From contig JAGALP010000004.1 of the NCBI GenBank assembly GCA_017625155.1, forward strand, positions 288,414-352,413: 64,000 nucleotides of DNA, given 5' to 3'. Position 1 is the first letter of the stretch. Each line of letters begins with the position of its first letter. This stretch comes from Paludibacteraceae bacterium (GTDB taxonomy: Bacteria > Bacteroidota > Bacteroidia > Bacteroidales > Paludibacteraceae). This document shows positions 9,735-18,850 of this stretch, piece by piece. The position numbers and the translations under genes are program-made. The notes beneath the pieces were generated by a model. It saw only the letters and a list, made by a program, of their open reading frames with translations. It made no database searches and was not told the origin of the DNA.

Positions 9735-9845
9735 GGCGTGCGCGACTTTAAGATGGAGTTTGGCGGCGAACTAGTAGAGCATGGGCGATTTTTGTGTATT
9801 CGCAAACCATTGCTTTGTTGGATAGGTAAATTGGGAGTGAAATAG
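9735..9845 (+). pseudogene. orphan 3' remnant (36 codons + stop) of a FemAB-like gene, homologous to 8136-8243
   Basis: Translates GVRDFKMEFGGELVEHGRFLCIRKPLLCWIGKLGVK*. 97/108 nt identical to 8135-8242, with 10 of 11 differences synonymous. No start codon or 5' part. Confidence 0.8.
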
Positions 9846-9908
9846 TTGAAGATATGATAAAATTCCTATTTTTGTGCAGTTTTATTTGTATAATCAAAAG
9901 ATTTTCAG

Positions 9909-9916
9909 TAATTTTG
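9909..9916 (+). promoter_or_regulatory. Bacteroidota -7 promoter box TAATTTTG
   Basis: TAnnTTTG 30-39 nt upstream of the ACP start; an alternative box TATTTTTG lies at 9867-9874. Confidence 0.4.
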
Positions 9917-9954
9917 TAGCGATTTTTATTTATAAAAAAATATCAATGATAATT

Positions 9955-10182
9955 ATGAGTATTCAAGAGTTTGTAGTAAATTTTGCCAACCAGTTTGATG
10001 ATACTGAGTTGGAGGTTTTTAACCCAGAAACTAATTTCCGTGATTTGGAAGAGTGGAGTAGTCTTATTGGTTTAGCAGTAATGAATATGATTGCTAAAAA
10101 ATATGATATTAAAATTACTCCTGCGGAATTAAAATCGACCAATACGATTCAAGAGTTATTCAATTTGGTTAACAATAAGTAG
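9955..10182 (+). CDS. acyl carrier protein
   Basis: 75 aa four-helix-size acidic protein with ..DLEEWSSLIGLAVM.. resembling the ACP DSL phosphopantetheine site. Alternative start at 9946; the ORF-track start 9874 lies in promoter DNA. Confidence 0.65.
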   Translation: MSIQEFVVNFANQFDDTELEVFNPETNFRDLEEWSSLIGLAVMNMIAKKYDIKITPAELKSTNTIQELFNLVNNK

Positions 10183-10191
10183 TCTTAAGAT

Positions 10192-10752
10192 ATGTCGCAA
10201 TTTAATGTGCGTGAATCTATCAATATCCCATATTTTGATCACGATGATAGTAGTTTAAAAAATACTATCAAAAATTCTAGTGCAAGGCGAAATATATCAC
10301 CATTGAGATTCGCAGTACGTAAAACAAGAAACATATTATTGGCAAGGTGGTCATATGCGTGTCCACTCAATAGTTTGCGTATAAAAATGAATCGCAAACG
10401 TGGAGTTAGTATTGGACACAATGTGTACATAGGTTTGCATACAACTATAGATAACGCATATCCAGAATATGTTTATATCGAAGATGATGCATCTATTGCA
10501 GAGGGAGTGCAAATTATCGCTCATAGTAATCCATATCCTCATTTTCAAAATATAGTAGAGTCAAGTGTTGCGCCTATTGTAATAAAAAAAGGGGCTTGGA
10601 TAGGTTCTGGTTCTATAATACTGAGGGGGGTTACCATTGGAGAAAATGCTATAGTAACTGCTGGCGCAGTAATAGATAAAGATGTTCCTGATTGTTCTTT
10701 AGCACAAGGTAATCCAATGAAAATAATTACAGATTATTCTGCATTAATGTAA
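10192..10752 (+). CDS. hexapeptide-repeat (LbH) acyl/acetyltransferase
   Basis: Imperfect hexapeptide repeats (..IGSGSIILRGVTIGENAIVTAGAVI..) at the C-terminus. Confidence 0.75.
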   Translation: MSQFNVRESINIPYFDHDDSSLKNTIKNSSARRNISPLRFAVRKTRNILLARWSYACPLNSLRIKMNRKRGVSIGHNVYIGLHTTIDNAYPEYVYIEDDASIAEGVQIIAHSNPYPHFQNIVESSVAPIVIKKGAWIGSGSIILRGVTIGENAIVTAGAVIDKDVPDCSLAQGNPMKIITDYSALM

Positions 10753-10753
10753 T

Positions 10754-11494
10754 ATGGAAAATCCATTTTCTCTAAAAGATAAGACTATCTTAGTAACAGG
10801 TGCTTCGTCAGGGATTGGTCGTGGTATTGCCATTGCATGTGCCCAAATGGGTGCTAATGTTATTATTACGGCTCGCAACGAAGGACGATTGCAAGAAACG
10901 ATGACCAATATGGTTGGAGATAATCATACCATGATGCTTGCGGATTTAGTGGATGTGGAGCAACGTGCCCACTTGATAGAGCAATTACCGTTACTAGATG
11001 GTGTTGTGCATTGCGCGGGAGTAGGAGCTCGTGTCCCATGTAAGAATATAGAAGGTACAGATATAGAACATGTGATGCAACCGAATTTTTATGCTCCAGT
11101 TCTGCTACAAGCGGAATTATTATCTAGCAAAAAAATAGGTAAGTCAGCATCTATTGTATTTATTGCATCACGTGCAGCAGAAATGCCTAGTGTAGGGAAT
11201 GCTGTTTATAGTGCATCTAAAGGAGCCATTATTTCATATGCTAAATGTTTAGCATTAGAATTAGCACCACGCAAAATACGTGTGAATTGCATTTGCCCTG
11301 CAATGGTTTGGACCGATTTGGCATTGGTGGGGGCATCCCGCGAACAATTACTAGATGCAGAACAAAAATATCCTCTTAAACGATATGGAACTCCAGAAGA
11401 TATTGCATATTTGACTGTGTATATGATGTCAGATGTAAGTGCGTGGATGACAGGTAGTAGTGTGGATATTACAGGGGGGGCGAAGGAGTTATAG
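10754..11494 (+). CDS. SDR family oxidoreductase (3-oxoacyl-ACP reductase-like)
   Basis: TGASSGIGRGIA cofactor motif and YSASK catalytic motif. Confidence 0.8.
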   Translation: MENPFSLKDKTILVTGASSGIGRGIAIACAQMGANVIITARNEGRLQETMTNMVGDNHTMMLADLVDVEQRAHLIEQLPLLDGVVHCAGVGARVPCKNIEGTDIEHVMQPNFYAPVLLQAELLSSKKIGKSASIVFIASRAAEMPSVGNAVYSASKGAIISYAKCLALELAPRKIRVNCICPAMVWTDLALVGASREQLLDAEQKYPLKRYGTPEDIAYLTVYMMSDVSAWMTGSSVDITGGAKEL

Positions 11495-11498
11495 CATA

Positions 11499-12509
11499 AT
11501 GATTATGAAAAAAGCATATATAAAACATATTTCTTACTATCTGCCTGAAGCTATTTTAACCAATGATCAAATAGCGAAAGAGTTTCCTGAGTGGTCGGCA
11601 GAAAAAGTGGCTAATAAAGTAGGTATAACGAAGCGTCATATTGCAGCGGAGAATGAAACTGCAACGGATATGGCTATCAAAGCATCTAAAAAATTAATTT
11701 TAGAGTCAGTAGTAGATAAAGCAATGATTGATTTCGTTTTGTTGTGTACTCAGAGTGGAGATTATATGTTACCATCTTCTGCATGTATCATACAAAATCA
11801 ATTAGGATTGGGCACTCATTGTGGCGCTTTTGATTTCAATTTGGGGTGCTCTGGATATGAGTATGGATTAGCGGTTGCTAAAGGATTGATAATCGGTGGA
11901 ATCGCAAAAAACATTTTGTTATTGACCGCGGAAACATACACAAAATATTTACATCCAAAAGATAAGGGAAATCGTACTATATTTGGAGATGCAGCTACTG
12001 CAACTTTAATTTCTACAGAAGGTTTTGCGGAAATAGGAGAATTTGTGCTTGGTACAGATGGTAGTGGCGCTGAACAGTTAATCGTGAAAACTGGAGGAGC
12101 AAGACAGAAATACTTGTTGAATGATTTACAATTGGATGAGGATGGTAATCCAAGAGGTAGTGATTTTCTATACATGAATGGAGGAGCAATATTTGATTTT
12201 ACGGCTGATATAGTACCTTCTATGGTAGCAGAATTATTATCAAGAAGTAATTTACAGCAAGAGGATATTGATTTGTTTGTATTCCACCAAGCAAATAAGT
12301 ATATGATTAATTATTTGCGTAAATTATTGGATATAGATAAAGAAAAATTCTATATTTTCATGGAAAAGGTGGGGAATACAGTGTCTTCAACAATTCCGAT
12401 TGCTTTATGTGAAGCCCAAAACGATGGTAAGTTGCAGGGAAATGTGATGTTGGCAGGATTTGGTGTTGGATTGAGTTGGGGAGCTACAATGTTAACGATA
12501 CAAAAATAG
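11499..12509 (+). CDS. 3-oxoacyl-ACP synthase III (FabH-like)
   Basis: ..FDFNLGCSGYEYGL.. active-site Cys context, ..FVFHQANKYM.. His motif, GNTVSSTIP Asn motif. Start at 11499 or 11505. Confidence 0.8.
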   Translation: MIMKKAYIKHISYYLPEAILTNDQIAKEFPEWSAEKVANKVGITKRHIAAENETATDMAIKASKKLILESVVDKAMIDFVLLCTQSGDYMLPSSACIIQNQLGLGTHCGAFDFNLGCSGYEYGLAVAKGLIIGGIAKNILLLTAETYTKYLHPKDKGNRTIFGDAATATLISTEGFAEIGEFVLGTDGSGAEQLIVKTGGARQKYLLNDLQLDEDGNPRGSDFLYMNGGAIFDFTADIVPSMVAELLSRSNLQQEDIDLFVFHQANKYMINYLRKLLDIDKEKFYIFMEKVGNTVSSTIPIALCEAQNDGKLQGNVMLAGFGVGLSWGATMLTIQK

Positions 12510-12514
12510 TAGAT

Positions 12515-13426
12515 ATGAGACGATGCATAATGACCAACGATGTAGAGACCACTAGTATCATAAATGGTGGACTGCGTGTAGAAACTGGTGATCGTGTTTG
12601 GAAGGAAGGATTACCACTAATATTGGATATTTATGCTAAATACAATATTCGTGCTACGTTTTTCTTTATAGCCAAATATGCTAAGCGATGTCCTGAAATA
12701 GTAACTATGGTACATAAAGCAGGGCATGAGGTGGCTTTGCATGGATTAACTCATGATCATAAATTGTCCTTTGATACAATGTCTTATGAACTGCAACTTG
12801 AGCATTTAGTTGAGGGAAAGAAAATATTGGAAGATATTGCAGGTGAAGAAATAGTTTCCTTTAGATCACCTGCTTTGAGAGTTAATTCGGATACACCTCG
12901 TGCATTAGTAGAGGCAGGGTTTCGCTATGATAGTTCGGTTGCTCCGCAACGATTGGATATGTTTATGTCCTTAGGCAGTAAGAATAAAATGCAGTGGTTA
13001 AAAGCACCACGAACGCCATACGAAACAGCCATTGATAATTTGGCAAGGCGTGGCAACTCTGGTATAATTGAAGTACCTGTATCTTCATTTGGAGCCCCTT
13101 ATATTGGTACTGCAATGCGTGTAGCTCCACGATTGACAAAATTGACGAGAAGTCTTGTGTATTGTGAAACAAAAGATACAAATAAGGTGGTGAATTTCTT
13201 AATTCACCCAATCGAATTGATTACAGAACCACAACTGAATGAAAAAATTGAACGCAGATCAAAGAATCCGATAGCATATCTACTTTCAGATGTAATTAGA
13301 CATCAGTTAAAACTTAAGAATTTAGGGGAACCTGCTGTGAAATTATTTGAAAAAGAGATAGAATATTGGTTGGAAAATAAATACGATTTTGTTACTATAA
13401 AAGACATTAATGGCAAAGAAAAATAA
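12515..13426 (+). CDS. polysaccharide deacetylase (NodB-homology) family protein
   Basis: MTNDVE.. (DxE/D motif), ..GHEVALHGLTHD.. metal-binding His motif. Start at 12515 or 12530. Confidence 0.7.
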   Translation: MRRCIMTNDVETTSIINGGLRVETGDRVWKEGLPLILDIYAKYNIRATFFFIAKYAKRCPEIVTMVHKAGHEVALHGLTHDHKLSFDTMSYELQLEHLVEGKKILEDIAGEEIVSFRSPALRVNSDTPRALVEAGFRYDSSVAPQRLDMFMSLGSKNKMQWLKAPRTPYETAIDNLARRGNSGIIEVPVSSFGAPYIGTAMRVAPRLTKLTRSLVYCETKDTNKVVNFLIHPIELITEPQLNEKIERRSKNPIAYLLSDVIRHQLKLKNLGEPAVKLFEKEIEYWLENKYDFVTIKDINGKEK

Positions 13427-14588
13427 TAGAATAGCAGTATTTCTTGGACACCCAGCTCACTTTCATTTATACAAAAACATGGTGAGTTGTTTGTCTTCAA
13501 AGAATTATGATGTTGTTTATTTGATTAAACGAAAAGATATACTCGAGAACTTGGTTAAACAATCGGGTATCAAATATGTAGTCGTTCGCGATAAAGAGCG
13601 TTCTCAATCATCAGTTTTTGGATTAATACAGTCAATGTTGAAAATGGACTGGCAAGTAATGAAGTACTTGCTAAAGATTAGACCTAGAGTGCTAACAGGT
13701 ACCTATTGTCCAATATTTTCCTTTTTTACAACAGTCCCCTTTATTTCTTGTAATGAGGATGATGCTTTGGTAGTGCCAAGATTTGCGATGTTAAGTTATC
13801 CTCCATCTAAGGCAATTCTCACTCCAATTGTTTGTAATAATGGCAGATGGGATAAAAAATCAACAAAGTATCCGTCTTATCACGAATTAGCTTATCTTCA
13901 TCCTAATCACTTTACGGCGGATAAAGCGGTGGTTGAGGGGTATGGGATTGATACAGCAAAACCATATTTTGTAATGCGATTTGCATCGCTGAAAGCACAT
14001 CATGATGAAGGAGTGAAAGGTATCAATACTGAAATTGCACAAAGATTGATAGATATACTTTCGCCACACGGACAGATATATATTACTTCAGAGCGCGAAT
14101 TAGAACCACAGTTTGAACCATATCGTATCCGCATCAATCCGCTGGATATGCACCACGTGATGGCCTATGCATCGCTTTATTTAGGGGATAGCCAGACTAT
14201 GGCAGCAGAAGCGGGAGTATTAGGTGTGCCATTTGTCCGATTCAACGATTTTGTGGGTAGGATAGGGTATCTACAAGAATTAGAAGATACTTATCAACTC
14301 GGCTACGGAGTACATGCTACCCCACTGACTACGGATAGCACCATCCGCAGGGTAGATGGTAGCATACAGCCAAGTGGAACACAAGCATTATATGATGCGG
14401 TTGAACAACTCGTAGCGATGGATGCGGACGAACGTAAAACTGTCTTCACTGCTCGCCGCGAAAAGATGCTCAGCGAGAAGATTGATTATGCAAAATTTCT
14501 CACTTGGTTCATTGAAAACTATCCAATGAGCCAAGAACAAACTAAAACTCATCACGACGACCAACAATTCTGGCAAGAATTCCAGTAA
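13410..14588 (+). CDS. DUF354-like protein (GT-B/epimerase-like fold, unknown function)
   Basis: N-terminus ..IAVFLGHPAHFHLYKNM.. resembles DUF354 family starts; overlaps the upstream stop by 17 nt. Confidence 0.5.
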   Translation: MAKKNNRIAVFLGHPAHFHLYKNMVSCLSSKNYDVVYLIKRKDILENLVKQSGIKYVVVRDKERSQSSVFGLIQSMLKMDWQVMKYLLKIRPRVLTGTYCPIFSFFTTVPFISCNEDDALVVPRFAMLSYPPSKAILTPIVCNNGRWDKKSTKYPSYHELAYLHPNHFTADKAVVEGYGIDTAKPYFVMRFASLKAHHDEGVKGINTEIAQRLIDILSPHGQIYITSERELEPQFEPYRIRINPLDMHHVMAYASLYLGDSQTMAAEAGVLGVPFVRFNDFVGRIGYLQELEDTYQLGYGVHATPLTTDSTIRRVDGSIQPSGTQALYDAVEQLVAMDADERKTVFTARREKMLSEKIDYAKFLTWFIENYPMSQEQTKTHHDDQQFWQEFQ

Positions 14589-14593
14589 ATAAC

Positions 14594-15388
14594 ATGGATT
14601 TTACTATACGGAAATATCGACAATTCTTAAATATTCTCTTGGGTAAAGGATACTATTTTGTTACCTTTGAGCAGTATTGTGACTTTCGAGATAGAGGAGA
14701 AGCATTGCCAGATCGGTACATAATCATGCGACATGATGTGGAAGCATTACCTGAGAATAGCTATGCTTTTGCACAGATAGAGTATGAGATTGGTATTCAA
14801 TCAAGTTATTATTTTCGTGTGGTCAAGGCGAGCAATCAGCCAGAATATATTCGCGCTATCGCTGCATTGGGGCATGAAATAGGTTATCACTACGAAGATA
14901 TGGCGATTTGCAAAGGAGAGATGGAACATGCATATGCGCATTTCCAACAGCAGTTGCATTATTTCCGTCAGTTCTATCCCGTGCGTACTATATGCATGCA
15001 TGGTGCACCTACTAGCAAATGGGATGGCCGAGAACTATGGAAACACTATAACTATCAATCGCTGGGCGTAATCGGCGAACCATACTTCGACGTAGATTTC
15101 AGCGATGTGTTCTACCTGACCGATACAGGTCGCTGCTGGGATGGGTTCAACGTGTCAGTTCGCGATAAGATTCCTACCTATCAAGATCAATGGACAGAGC
15201 AGGGACTAGTATATCATACCACAGATGACCTTATCCATGCACTCAATCGAGGACAACTACCTAAGCACATTATGATAACTACCCACCCGCAACGGTGGAC
15301 TGATAACATCATGGCATGGAGCAAGGAACTGCTCTTACAGTCGTTGAAGAATATCGTTAAAAGATTATTGATTGTAGCGCAAAAGTAG
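14594..15388 (+). CDS. polysaccharide deacetylase-like protein
   Basis: ..IIMRHDVEALPENS.. and ..GHEIGYHYED.. motifs consistent with the CE4-like deacetylase fold. Confidence 0.45.
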   Translation: MDFTIRKYRQFLNILLGKGYYFVTFEQYCDFRDRGEALPDRYIIMRHDVEALPENSYAFAQIEYEIGIQSSYYFRVVKASNQPEYIRAIAALGHEIGYHYEDMAICKGEMEHAYAHFQQQLHYFRQFYPVRTICMHGAPTSKWDGRELWKHYNYQSLGVIGEPYFDVDFSDVFYLTDTGRCWDGFNVSVRDKIPTYQDQWTEQGLVYHTTDDLIHALNRGQLPKHIMITTHPQRWTDNIMAWSKELLLQSLKNIVKRLLIVAQK

Positions 15389-15399
15389 CACAGATTTGC

Positions 15400-16584
15400 T
15401 TATAACGCTAGCAAAATATCTACAATGCGTTCGGCTGTGTGACCATCCCACAGTGCAGGGATAGCTCCTTTTTTCCATTGACCGCTAAATAGCAAATCCA
15501 GTGCAGGCTTCACTGCCGCAGGATCGGTGCCTATTAGCTCATTGGTGCCTACGGTGCAAGTCTCAGGACGTTCGGTATTGTCGCGCAAAGTGATACATGG
15601 AACCCCCATCACGGTAGTCTCTTCGGTGATACCTCCAGAGTCGGTTACTACGGCTTTAGCACGCTCTACCATATAGTTAAACTCAAGATATCCCATTGGT
15701 TCTACAATATGCAGATTAGGGAATAACTGACGCAAGGTGGTTTCATTACCCCATAGATTATAAAAGATTTTGGCAGTACGAGGATGGATTGGGAAGATGA
15801 TTGGCAAATCATGTACATTGGTGATAATCTGCTCCATGAGTGCTTTTAGATGTACTTCTTCATCTACATTAGCAGGACGATGCATAGTCATCATGATATA
15901 CTGCCCCTCTGTGAGTTGTAATTCATCGAATACTGCGGGACGGCGGAATCGGTTACGATTAGCCAGTAGCGTATCAATCATCACATTGCCTACATACCAT
16001 ACGCGTTGTGAGATACGTTGGAAAGCATACTGTTCCTCTTGCAGCGCGGGCAATTGGTAATTGGCAATTGGTGATGGGCTATTGACAAGCGTAGCTCCAG
16101 ACATCAGCAGATTCTTGTTGGCAATCTCCGAGGTGGTGAACATATAGTCTGCCAACGAGTCGGTGACCATGCGATTAATCTCTTCGGGCATTGTTAGGTC
16201 CCAACTACGGATACCTGCCTCTACGTGGCATACCTTGGTATTGAGTTTCTTAGCCACAATAGAGCATGCCATAGTACTAGTTACATCACCTACTACTAAT
16301 ACTAAGTCGGTAGGGTGCGCCAACAGATGCTTCTCAAATGCAACCATGATATTAGCTGTCTGCTCAGCTTGTGTGCCGCCTCCACAACCTAAGTTGGCAT
16401 CGGGCATAGGTATATTCAGCTCCTCAAAAAAGGTGTCCGACATATTCTTGTCGTAATGCTGCCCTGTATGTACAAGACTATAATGGATGTCCTTGCCTAT
16501 TGCCTCTGCTGATTTGATAGCGTGGATCAACGGAGCAATCTTCATAAAGTTTGGGCGCGCGCCCGCGATGAGAGTGATATGCAT
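15400..16584 (-). CDS. wecB: UDP-N-acetylglucosamine 2-epimerase (non-hydrolysing)
   Basis: MHITLIAGARPNFMKIAPL.., ..HVEAGIRS.., ..VTDSGGITEE.. hallmark motifs. Carries an extra ~25 aa loop (see findings). Confidence 0.9.
   Translation of the reverse strand: MHITLIAGARPNFMKIAPLIHAIKSAEAIGKDIHYSLVHTGQHYDKNMSDTFFEELNIPMPDANLGCGGGTQAEQTANIMVAFEKHLLAHPTDLVLVVGDVTSTMACSIVAKKLNTKVCHVEAGIRSWDLTMPEEINRMVTDSLADYMFTTSEIANKNLLMSGATLVNSPSPIANYQLPALQEEQYAFQRISQRVWYVGNVMIDTLLANRNRFRRPAVFDELQLTEGQYIMMTMHRPANVDEEVHLKALMEQIITNVHDLPIIFPIHPRTAKIFYNLWGNETTLRQLFPNLHIVEPMGYLEFNYMVERAKAVVTDSGGITEETTVMGVPCITLRDNTERPETCTVGTNELIGTDPAAVKPALDLLFSGQWKKGAIPALWDGHTAERIVDILLAL
16048..16086 (-). repeat. in-frame short-repeat insertion (CAATAGCCC family; AATTGGY x3) inside wecB
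   Basis: Coding strand reads GTC AAT AGC CCA TCA CCA ATT GCC AAT TAC CAA TTG CCC (VNSPSPIANYQLP). Shares the 11-mer CAATAGCCCAT with iorA at 33526-33536. Confidence 0.6.
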
Positions 16585-16598
16585 AGTATGGGTCTTTA

Positions 16599-17975
16599 TT
16601 AGAATCCGCTCAAGTGCAAGAATTGCGAAATCATGCGACGGAATGTTTTCTGAGAACTATTGTTGATATATGCTTCCAGCAGTTTGGTCTGTGGTGTGGT
16701 AGGAATAATGTCATAATCGGCAATGGCCGCGGGAATCAGGCATGAGAAACCCTCGCGTAACTCCACCTCATCGCGCGTACTGCGGATACGAATGGTACAT
16801 GCGCCCTGCGTACAAGTGCTGATCACAAACGAATCGTAGTTCACCATATTGCGGTGGATAGGATGGGTGATAGACACTACGCGCACACTGAAGTGCTCGG
16901 TATCCAAACATGGATTGGCAGCATCTATATCATCCTTGTAACTATTTTTATATTCCTTGTATACGCGATAATCTAGTGCCTGCGCTGCTAGTTCGGTATG
17001 CAAAGCACGTGGTTTGCCGTCTAAGCCTAGACGATCATAATCGTAGATGCGATAGGTGACATCCGATGACTGCTGCACCTCCACTAGTAGCACACCTTTG
17101 CCAATCGCATGCACGCGCCCAGCAGGGATATAGAACACGTCGCCAGTATGAATCTCATGTTTTGCTAGTGCATCCATGATGGTACCATCTGCTACACGAC
17201 GTGCGTATTCTTCGGGAGTGAGTTTCTCTTTGAATCCCGCATAGATATAAGCATCAGGGTCGGCATCAATCACATACCACATCTCTGTCTTACCCGATGC
17301 ATTGTGTTCGCGTAATGCCATCGCATCATTGGGATGGACTTGTACGCTCAAGTCCGCTTTTGTATCAATGAGTTTGACCAGCAGAGGCATATCGTTCTGA
17401 TACTTCTTGGCTACAGCCTTACCCAGAATAGCATCAGGCATCTTGCCGATTACTTCGCGGAGTGGATATCCTGCCCATGTGCCATTAGCAATCACCGAAG
17501 GAAGCATATCCAATGTGGAAACCTCCCAACTCTCGCCTATATTATCTTGTTCGGGCAACTGCTTCCAATTAGTCAAACGTTTGCCCCCCCATACCATAGT
17601 GCGTAGGTTGGGCTCGAAGAGCATAGGGTATAGCTTGGTGCGCTGCGCCTCAATCACGCAGCCCATCGCTAGCATACGCACATCCGTAATGGCATGCAGT
17701 TCGTAGGCCTTGAGATGCTCTACGAAAACAAAGTCTTCGGGGGTGCAATGATGCACTTGTCCATCAATGGTGATATCAATCTCGCCATCGAGGATAAAAA
17801 ATGCGTCTTGCAAATCAGGGTGGATATGTTGCGCACTATGTTCGCCTGCTTTCAGTTCGAGCACAGCAATCTGCGTGATGCTGCATCCACTCTCATTAGC
17901 AGAGAGCAGCACACGCTTGAGTCCCATCTCATAGGAGGTACTCAGTGGAGATATATCGTGTAGGTGTCGTTGCAT
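16599..17975 (-). CDS. manA: mannose-6-phosphate isomerase class I with N-terminal cupin domain (fusion)
   Basis: Residues ~115-458 begin LFEPNLRTMVWGGKRL..WEVS.. (PMI type I). Residues 1-110 carry a cupin_2 pattern (AGEHSAQHIHPDLQDAFFILDG..). No stop between the two parts. Confidence 0.8.
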   Translation of the reverse strand: MQRHLHDISPLSTSYEMGLKRVLLSANESGCSITQIAVLELKAGEHSAQHIHPDLQDAFFILDGEIDITIDGQVHHCTPEDFVFVEHLKAYELHAITDVRMLAMGCVIEAQRTKLYPMLFEPNLRTMVWGGKRLTNWKQLPEQDNIGESWEVSTLDMLPSVIANGTWAGYPLREVIGKMPDAILGKAVAKKYQNDMPLLVKLIDTKADLSVQVHPNDAMALREHNASGKTEMWYVIDADPDAYIYAGFKEKLTPEEYARRVADGTIMDALAKHEIHTGDVFYIPAGRVHAIGKGVLLVEVQQSSDVTYRIYDYDRLGLDGKPRALHTELAAQALDYRVYKEYKNSYKDDIDAANPCLDTEHFSVRVVSITHPIHRNMVNYDSFVISTCTQGACTIRIRSTRDEVELREGFSCLIPAAIADYDIIPTTPQTKLLEAYINNSSQKTFRRMISQFLHLSGF

Positions 17976-17993
17976 ACTAATCCAATTTGGCTA

Positions 17994-18001
17994 CAAAGGT
18001 A
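17994..18001 (-). promoter_or_regulatory. Bacteroidota -7 promoter box TACCTTTG
   Basis: 19 nt upstream of the manA ATG at 17975; supports the long fused form. Confidence 0.55.
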
Positions 18002-18085
18002 CAATAATTTTGTGATTTGGCAAAGTAGGTGGTAGAAAAAAATATTTTTTTTCTTAAAATTATTGTATATGTTGGAAAAAAGTAC

Positions 18086-18093
18086 TACCTTTG
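18086..18093 (+). promoter_or_regulatory. Bacteroidota -7 promoter box TACCTTTG
   Basis: 20 nt upstream of ATG 18113. Confidence 0.55.
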
Positions 18094-18112
18094 TAGCCAT
18101 AATTGAAATGGT

Positions 18113-18850
18113 ATGAAATTTGTACGGACAATATTAGTGATAGTAGTGGCACTGTGTTGCATGTCATTTACCGTGGTAATAGACGCTGGACATGGCGGTA
18201 ATGATGCTGGTGCAATAGGACATGTGCTGAAACTGAAAGAGAAAGACTTGAACCTGTGCGTGGCACAGCGTTTAGCAAATAAGATTCAGGAACAATATCC
18301 CGAAGTGAATGTGGTGATGACACGTACAACAGATGTGTTTCTGCCACTGCAAAAACGCGCGGATATCGTGAATAAAAATCATGCGGATTTATTCATCTGT
18401 ATTCACACTAACGCCGCAGAGAATAGAAAAGCATGTGGCGCAGAGACATTCATTCTTGGTACAGATCGCATGGAGGATAATCTGGATGTGGCCATGCGCG
18501 AGAACGCGGTGATGAAGCTGGAGGCCGATCAGACGGTATATCAGGGTTTTGACCCTAATTCGATAGAGAGCTATATCATCTTCGAATTGATGCAGAACCA
18601 GTATATGGATAATAGTTTGGTGTTTGCCGAATTGGTGCAACAGCAGTTTGTGGGTACGCTGCAACGTGCGAATCGTGGCGTGAGACAAGCTGCATTTTGG
18701 GTGTTGTTGCAATCGGCATGCCCAAGTGTGCTGGTGGAGATGGGCTTTATCACCAATGCAGAAGAGGAGAAGTGGCTTGCTAGTGAAGCAGGTAAAAATG
18801 GAATAGTGAACGGCATTTTTAATGCCTTTGAAAATTATTATAAGAGATGA
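18113..18850 (+). CDS. N-acetylmuramoyl-L-alanine amidase (Amidase_3)
   Basis: ..VVIDAGHGGNDAGA.. and ..FICIHTNA.. zinc-amidase motifs; signal/anchor helix. Confidence 0.85.
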   Translation: MKFVRTILVIVVALCCMSFTVVIDAGHGGNDAGAIGHVLKLKEKDLNLCVAQRLANKIQEQYPEVNVVMTRTTDVFLPLQKRADIVNKNHADLFICIHTNAAENRKACGAETFILGTDRMEDNLDVAMRENAVMKLEADQTVYQGFDPNSIESYIIFELMQNQYMDNSLVFAELVQQQFVGTLQRANRGVRQAAFWVLLQSACPSVLVEMGFITNAEEEKWLASEAGKNGIVNGIFNAFENYYKR

